A stretch of 40,039 nt of DNA from an uncultured Rhodobacterales bacterium (GTDB lineage: Bacteria > Pseudomonadota > Alphaproteobacteria > Rhodobacterales > Rhodobacteraceae). Both the position numbers and the translations under genes were made by a program. The stretch covers positions 1 to 40,039 of the forward strand of contig CAYGNB010000001.1 in assembly GCA_964351135.1 (NCBI GenBank). Direction: 5' to 3'. Under the pieces are notes generated by a model. The model saw only the letters and a list, made by a program, of their open reading frames with translations. It did not search any database and was not told the origin of the DNA. Every line of letters starts with the position of its first letter. The stretch's first letter is position 1. This document shows positions 35,103 to 40,039 of this stretch, one piece after another.

Positions 35103-35154
35103 ATCCACTTTTTGTGAATTACTGCTTTACTAATCCACTTTTGGTGGATACTCT
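35103..35154 (+). promoter_or_regulatory. Left operators (35103-35119, 35133-35149) and PL (TTTACT-17-TACTCT)
   Basis: ATCCACtttttGTGAAT and ATCCACttttgGTGGAT; the second fills the promoter spacer. Confidence 0.85.
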
Positions 35155-35190
35155 CTCCCCATACCGTACAAGTGGAACCGGGAGAACGGC

Positions 35191-35505
35191 ATGAAATTTC
35201 CAAGCACCACATACACCGTCACAGATTTCGAGTTCGATACCGGCGCGGGAAACATCACCGACGCAATCGCGGTGTTCGCGTACGACACCGAGTATTTCCC
35301 CGCTGATCGTCAGACCGGCGCATATCGCGACCGCATCGAAGTCACTTCGTTCGAACCGTTCAGCCTGCACATCGGCGGCTTGAAGCTGGACCGGTACACG
35401 GTCGAGCGCATGGACAAGACTGAGTTGGAGCGCATCGAGGCGGCTTGGTCCCATGACCTGCAAGAGAAATACGATAACGGCGAATTTTTGGAGGCGGCGG
35501 AATGA
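35191..35505 (+). CDS. Acidic hypothetical protein, first gene of the left operon
   Basis: GGGAG RBS. Confidence 0.8.
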   Translation: MKFPSTTYTVTDFEFDTGAGNITDAIAVFAYDTEYFPADRQTGAYRDRIEVTSFEPFSLHIGGLKLDRYTVERMDKTELERIEAAWSHDLQEKYDNGEFLEAAE

Positions 35506-35744
35506 GCCGTCCCCATTACCAGAAAACCGCAGACGCCCGTTTTGATCGCGATCATCTCACCCGCATGAGCGAGGATCACATGAACATTGCCCATGAAACC
35601 GAAAACCTCCGTCACGCCGCAATGGCAGGAATAGTCGGTGTCTGCACGGTTGTCCTGATCGGCCTGATGCTCCTGTTCGTGTCCTATGGCGGTCCGATGG
35701 TCATCAAGAAAATCGCAAATCAGATCGAGCAGGTGCAGCAATGA
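35502..35744 (+). CDS. Single-TM membrane protein
   Basis: GGAGG RBS; hydrophobic segment. Confidence 0.75.
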   Translation: MSRPHYQKTADARFDRDHLTRMSEDHMNIAHETENLRHAAMAGIVGVCTVVLIGLMLLFVSYGGPMVIKKIANQIEQVQQ

Positions 35745-35839
35745 AACGCGAACCAAACCACAATGCGGGCGTGATAGTGGTCATCGTCCTGTCTGTGCCG
35801 GTTGTCATCGCGACGGTCGTTATCTGGTTGCTGGTATGA
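35741..35839 (+). CDS. 32-aa membrane peptide (MKREPNHNAGVIVVIVLSVPVVIATVVIWLLV)
   Basis: Translated by hand; ATGA coupling. Confidence 0.55.
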   Translation: MKREPNHNAGVIVVIVLSVPVVIATVVIWLLV

Positions 35840-35852
35840 CGAATAACTCCCA

Positions 35853-36011
35853 CCGCGTCCCGCACCAAGGCGCGGCAACTCACTCTGGCCGCTCAACATC
35901 TCCCGGCGGCCAGAGTGCCTTTATTCCGAAACCCCAGATCAGCGGCGCATGCGCACCAAGCCGCGCCGCTGGCCCCGATGGCAAGTCAACGTCCTGTGGC
36001 GCCATCGGGGT
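35853..36011 (+). ncRNA. Four-hairpin structured RNA element (two-hairpin unit duplicated)
   Basis: Stems 35853-35875, 35881-35917, 35940-35971, 35972-36011; loops alternate GCACCAA and CAAC. Confidence 0.6.
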
Positions 36012-36053
36012 CCCTCTTGGGTCTGAGTGGTTTGACTTCGTGAGGAGTGCGAT

Positions 36054-36272
36054 TTGATGGCCAGGGTTCCGATCACACAATTGCCGATTGATATATATGT
36101 GCCGGTTGAAGTTGGCCTGCCCTATATCGCTCTGATCCGCCGGGTGGACATGCTCTTTCGCGCGAATTCTCCGGTGAAGGCGCGCAAGGCTGCCGATGAG
36201 TGGCGCAAGGCGGAGTTTGCCAAACTTCCCAAATCAACGCAGGCAAGGCTGCTCGCGGGGATCGGGGAATGA
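36054..36272 (+). CDS. Hypothetical protein
   Basis: GAGGAG RBS. Confidence 0.7.
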   Translation: MMARVPITQLPIDIYVPVEVGLPYIALIRRVDMLFRANSPVKARKAADEWRKAEFAKLPKSTQARLLAGIGE

Positions 36273-36658
36273 TCCGCCAGCCCTCCACCGCCGATGATCT
36301 GCTTGCGTGGCATCGCGCTTTCATGGCTGGTGAAAACCCGCCCCGGAACAATGAGGACCCTCAGGTTGGCTGGTTCAAAACGCAGCTCGTCAAAAACGGC
36401 CCATGGGTTCCCGTAACTATCTGGTGCGATCAGTACATTGACCCCGAGACCGGGGAACTGACCGCGCCGGAGGTGATGCGCGCAGATGTTTTTGGAGACG
36501 AAAAGCCCGCCGATGAAATCTGGAACTGGCTGACACCAATATCCCGAGAGGAATTCGACCGCCTCAACCAATGGCGTCTGAGCAACCAGCACCGTCTGGA
36601 AAATATGCGCGCAGTTGACATTACCAAAGCCCCAACATTGCCGAGGAGAACAGCATGA
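36269..36658 (+). CDS. Conserved phage hypothetical protein (P..GWFK..VKNGPWVP..DPETGEL)
   Basis: ATGA coupling both sides. Confidence 0.8.
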   Translation: MIRQPSTADDLLAWHRAFMAGENPPRNNEDPQVGWFKTQLVKNGPWVPVTIWCDQYIDPETGELTAPEVMRADVFGDEKPADEIWNWLTPISREEFDRLNQWRLSNQHRLENMRAVDITKAPTLPRRTA

Positions 36659-37431
36659 ACGCCCCGACTTTGCCAACTGAAACCACGGAACCAGGCCCGA
36701 ACCCCAACACCGGCATTGGCGGGAACAACCCGCCGCCGTTTGATGCTGGCGAGGTTGCCGAACTGACAAGCACCGCGGACGAATTTCTCAAGGCGTGTGA
36801 CATCTGGCGCAAAACCGATGTGACGAGCGAAGAGTTGGCCGGGCAGTTGACTGATCAGGTTGCGGGTTTGCGGGCGAACAAGAAAGCCGTGGACGAAGCC
36901 CGAAAGGCGGCAAAAAAGCCGCACGACGACGCGAGCAAGGCCGTGCAGGCCGCGTTCAGCCCGATCATCACGCGCTATGACCGCGCCCTTAAAGTCATGC
37001 TCGAAAAGATGAGCGCTTGGCTTGAGAAAAAGCGCATCGAGGAAGAGGCGCGCAAGCGCCAGGAACGTGAAGAGGCCGCAGCAGCAGAGGCAGAGGCCCG
37101 CCGATTGGCGATGGACGCCGAGGCGTCTGGCAACATTGACGACGAGATTGCCGCCGAAGAAGCTGCCAAGGCAGCGGAAAAGCAGGCCAAGGCAGCGGAA
37201 AAGCCAGCGCAGGTTCAGGCCCGGTCCGCCAGCGGTGCAGGTCGTACCGTGTCTACTCGTACCCGCAACGTGGTGACGATTACCAACGTGCGCCACCTCT
37301 TCATGCACTACCAAGATCGTCCCGAGGTGCATGACGTTCTGCTGCGTCTGGCGGCTGCCGAAGCGAACGCCAAAGGCTTTGACGGCGATATCCCCGGCAC
37401 TGAAATCACACAGAAAACCGTGGCGGTTTGA
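36655..37431 (+). CDS. Coiled-coil protein with GIGGNNPP motif (possibly Gam-like or recombination accessory)
   Basis: Long Ala/Glu/Lys helix ending IPG.EI; position in the recombination module. Confidence 0.65.
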   Translation: MNAPTLPTETTEPGPNPNTGIGGNNPPPFDAGEVAELTSTADEFLKACDIWRKTDVTSEELAGQLTDQVAGLRANKKAVDEARKAAKKPHDDASKAVQAAFSPIITRYDRALKVMLEKMSAWLEKKRIEEEARKRQEREEAAAAEAEARRLAMDAEASGNIDDEIAAEEAAKAAEKQAKAAEKPAQVQARSASGAGRTVSTRTRNVVTITNVRHLFMHYQDRPEVHDVLLRLAAAEANAKGFDGDIPGTEITQKTVAV

Positions 37432-37461
37432 TCTGCGCACGAATCCACGAGGAGCGACAAA

Positions 37462-38517
37462 ATGAACGCACTGATTGAACACGACGAAGACCTGATGAAG
37501 CCGGTTGACGGAACCACGATGGTCGCCGACCTACAGCGCGCCGAAATCGACATTCAGGTTGCGACTGCGCACAAATACCCGCGCTCGCTGACAAAGGTGG
37601 CCCGCAATGTTCTGGGTCTGGCCACCATTAGCAAGGCATCCGCCGAGAAGTGCATGTACGCCCTGCCCAGAGGTGGCAAGCCGATCACCGGCCCGTCAAT
37701 ACGACTCGCTGAAATCGTGTTCAGCCAGTGGGGCAACTGCCGAGGCGGCGCGCGCGTGGTTCAGGTCGATAAGGAAAACGGTTTCGTTGAGGCGGAGGCA
37801 GTATTCCATGATCTGGAAACGAACTCAGCCACCACAAAGCGTGTTCGTCGCCGAATATTCGACAAGAACGGGCGATGCTTCAACGACGACATGATCCTGG
37901 TTACTGGCAACGCAGCCTGCTCAATCGCATTCCGCAATGCAGTTCTGGGAGGTGTGCCAGAGGCGATCTGGGATGAGGCATACCAGTCCGCTATGCGCAC
38001 GATGCGAGGCGACACAAAAACGCTACCTGAACGGCGCGAGGCGGCGCTGACCGCAATGGCCGCATTCGGCCTAACGCCAGAGCAGGTCTATCAAATACTC
38101 GGAATCGCAGGAGAGAAAGATTTCGGGATCGACCAGATCGTGATTGTGGGCGGGTTCCACAATGCTCTGAAAGAGGAAGAGACAACGGTTGAGAAGCTGC
38201 TCGCCGATGCTGGCGTCGAGGCCAAGCCAAAGCGCGCGTCTGGTTCCGTGGTGAAGGAAAAGACCGAAGCGAATGATGAAACCGCGCAGGAACAGGACGC
38301 CGACGAGCAGAAGGCGCAGGAAATCTTGGGAAAATACAGCCGCCTATTTGATACCATCGTTGCCGACCTGACCGACGCGCCGAGCGGCTCTGACATTGAC
38401 GAGGTTGTTTCCCTCTACGGGCCGCAGGTTGAGAAGATGAAGTCCGAAGCCCCCGAACTTCACGAGCGCCTCGTGGAGACCATCGAAGAATTTCGCTCGG
38501 AAGCTGGCGCGGACTGA
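37462..38517 (+). CDS. Putative DNA single-strand annealing/recombination protein
   Basis: AEIDIQVATA.KYPRS; Y.LPRGGK.I.GPSIRLAE..WGN; position before ninB; function inferred. Confidence 0.6.
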   Translation: MNALIEHDEDLMKPVDGTTMVADLQRAEIDIQVATAHKYPRSLTKVARNVLGLATISKASAEKCMYALPRGGKPITGPSIRLAEIVFSQWGNCRGGARVVQVDKENGFVEAEAVFHDLETNSATTKRVRRRIFDKNGRCFNDDMILVTGNAACSIAFRNAVLGGVPEAIWDEAYQSAMRTMRGDTKTLPERREAALTAMAAFGLTPEQVYQILGIAGEKDFGIDQIVIVGGFHNALKEEETTVEKLLADAGVEAKPKRASGSVVKEKTEANDETAQEQDADEQKAQEILGKYSRLFDTIVADLTDAPSGSDIDEVVSLYGPQVEKMKSEAPELHERLVETIEEFRSEAGAD

Positions 38518-38696
38518 TGACTGACAACCTCAAATCAGCCGTGCAGGAATATCTGCGCCGAGAGGCGGAAGCCAACCGCCAAATGCGCGGCGCAGATCAC
38601 CAGCGCATCCTGGCTGAGGTTGCCGACAAATACGGCCTCGAAATCGACGTACTGACAGAGGCGGTTTTGGACGCCAGTTTTGCGGGGGCGATCTGA
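38517..38696 (+). CDS. Hypothetical protein, 59 aa (MTDNLKSAVQ..)
   Basis: Translated by hand; TGATG overlaps both sides. Confidence 0.65.
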   Translation: MTDNLKSAVQEYLRREAEANRQMRGADHQRILAEVADKYGLEIDVLTEAVLDASFAGAI

Positions 38697-39145
38697 TGGA
38701 AACCATCATCCTTTGCGGAGACACACAGCGCGCCCATGCCCATCAGCGCATTGATGCAGCGCCAGAGGATGCGGTTGTTACCATCAACGAGGCAGGCGAG
38801 GCCCGCACGAAAGCGCAGAACCGGCTCATCCATCGCTGGTTCGGGGATATTGCCAAACAGATCGGGGGGCAATCAGCCGCCGACATAAAGGCCGAATGCA
38901 ACCTGACCTATGGCCGACCGATCCTCGCCCGAGACGATCCGGAATGGGAACAGGCGTTCGGATACATTTTCGACGCCCTGAACCGCCCCGCCAAATTGAA
39001 GGCCATCCGGGTTCTGGACGTTCCGTTCACGCGCCGGATGAGAGTCGCGCAACTTACCGAATACATGACCCAAATGCGCCGCGATTATGAGGAGGCCGGA
39101 ATGCGCCTGACCGATCCCGAAGAGAAAAAATGGGGCGCGGGATGA
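38696..39145 (+). CDS. ninB: NinB/Orf-family recombination protein
   Basis: RT.AQN..IH.W..DIAKQ; T..M....L.EY. Confidence 0.8.
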   Translation: METIILCGDTQRAHAHQRIDAAPEDAVVTINEAGEARTKAQNRLIHRWFGDIAKQIGGQSAADIKAECNLTYGRPILARDDPEWEQAFGYIFDALNRPAKLKAIRVLDVPFTRRMRVAQLTEYMTQMRRDYEEAGMRLTDPEEKKWGAG

Positions 39146-39498
39146 GCCGACATGAATTCTCGGTCGCAACCAAAAAAGCCGCGTGGGAGCGCGCTGGCGG
39201 TATCTGCGAATGCGGTTGCGGTCAGCCATTCACCGACCACCCGAAAGAACGCCCCGAGTATGACCACGACCTGCCCGACTTTCTGGGCGGAACAAACGAC
39301 CTGGAGAATTGCAGGGTGATTCGCGTCTGCTGCCACCAGGTAAAAACCCACGGTCAGGACATGACCAGGATCGTCAAGGCGCGCCGAGGTCAGAAGGACC
39401 GGGCCAACCTCAAAGCGCGAAAATCAAAAATTCCCGGATCAAAAGGGACCGGCCTGCGGAAACGCATCGACGGCACAGTAGTAAAGGTGAACGAATGA
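39142..39498 (+). CDS. HNH endonuclease
   Basis: CECGC..EYDH..GGTNDLENC..CH..KT. Confidence 0.88.
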   Translation: MSRHEFSVATKKAAWERAGGICECGCGQPFTDHPKERPEYDHDLPDFLGGTNDLENCRVIRVCCHQVKTHGQDMTRIVKARRGQKDRANLKARKSKIPGSKGTGLRKRIDGTVVKVNE

Positions 39499-39731
39499 AA
39501 CTCCCTACAACCCTCGCAATCCTGCTGATCGCAACATCGGCTCACGCAATCGACGTTTCCGGCCCGACTCCTGATCCGGAACCCGAACCGCCCGCAGAGG
39601 CACCCTCGCCTGCCGGTCCAGACAACAGCGATGGATCAACCGCCTGTGAGCATTATCCCACCGGTGAATGTCCGGGTGTTTGGGTCAACCCCGCGCCTGT
39701 GACCGATCAATTCTACGGAGGCAAGTTGTGA
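39495..39731 (+). CDS. Small secreted Pro/Asp-rich protein
   Basis: Signal peptide MKLPTTLAILLIATSAHA; two Cys. Confidence 0.65.
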   Translation: MKLPTTLAILLIATSAHAIDVSGPTPDPEPEPPAEAPSPAGPDNSDGSTACEHYPTGECPGVWVNPAPVTDQFYGGKL

Positions 39732-40039
39732 CTGAACGCGGAATGAAAATCGAAAACCTGACACCGGAACAACAGGAATATTTGCCGGTTTATCGCGAGG
39801 AAATGAGGGCGCGCGGCCTGCGCCTGCAATGGGTCGGCGAAGAAGAAATCCGAAAAACCGTAGTGAATTTGTATGCCTCTTCTGGATTGAACTATCCTAC
39901 TGTTTTTGTGTTTGACAGTCCTCTCGCGTGTCTAGCGGCGCGCTCCATTCTAAAGTCGGCATTGAAGGATAAGGGCCAACTCTGGGACCAACTCGGGGAC
40001 CAACTCAGGGGCCAACTCGGGGACCAACTCAGGGGCCAA
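39728..40039 (+). CDS. DUF6745-like protein with xxQL tetrapeptide repeats, 3'-truncated
   Basis: KIENLTPEQ..LP.YREE..LY..GL..P..FDSP, then GQLWDQLGDQLRGQ; GGAGG RBS, GTG start. Confidence 0.75.
   Translation, partial: MTERGMKIENLTPEQQEYLPVYREEMRARGLRLQWVGEEEIRKTVVNLYASSGLNYPTVFVFDSPLACLAARSILKSALKDKGQLWDQLGDQLRGQLGDQLRGQ
39974..40039 (+). repeat. 12-bp tandem repeat G(A/G)CCAACTC(T/G/A)GG, at least 5.5 copies
   Basis: Read directly; the sequence ends inside it. Confidence 0.95.

Larger units (their letters stand above)
1..40039. mobile_element. Temperate HK97-like siphovirus genome, near complete and broken at both ends within the early-left operon
   Basis: Full packaging-head-tail-lysis module, cro/cI switch, replication and recombination genes; no host housekeeping genes. 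Confidence 0.97.

Noticed and set aside
35686-36057. 123-aa plus-strand ORF across the hairpins
   Set aside because: Overlaps better-supported ORFs; composition reflects GC-rich stems, though a coupled ATG at 35836 cannot be fully excluded
36430-37482. 350-aa minus-strand ORF
   Set aside because: Antisense shadow of coupled plus-strand genes
39974-40039. CRISPR array
   Set aside because: 12-bp contiguous units, no spacers, in-frame coding

Overview
The whole window is a near-complete temperate HK97-like siphovirus genome, probably infecting Rhodobacterales/Roseobacter-type alphaproteobacteria (inferred from GTA-gp10-like tail chaperone, alphaproteobacterial LexA box and tRNA-Leu att core). 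Layout: end of the early-left operon (1-648); a 21-bp att core matching a tRNA-Leu 3' end (671-691) with no integrase anywhere in the window; a divergent accessory island headed by a catalytically dead serine-resolvase-fold gene, followed by small genes separated by a repeated AGGAGCG motif (855-4137); a long minus-strand late operon (HNH, terminase, portal, protease, capsid, head-tail, tail, lysis, then a second fibre/esterase/glycanase cluster; 4141-29243); a lambda-like PR'/tR' with an upstream Q-like gene; replication and early-right genes; a cro/cI switch with palindromic operators; and the early-left recombination operon, which runs off the right edge in a 12-bp tandem repeat. Most interesting: (1) a LexA-box-controlled, leaderless antisense micro-gene resembling the C-terminal helices of the non-cleavable repressor (candidate mimic antirepressor); (2) the dead resolvase plus AGGAGCG-delimited gene array; (3) a duplicated two-hairpin RNA in the early-left operon; (4) an att site with no integrase. 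All family calls come from motif recognition by eye, not database searches.
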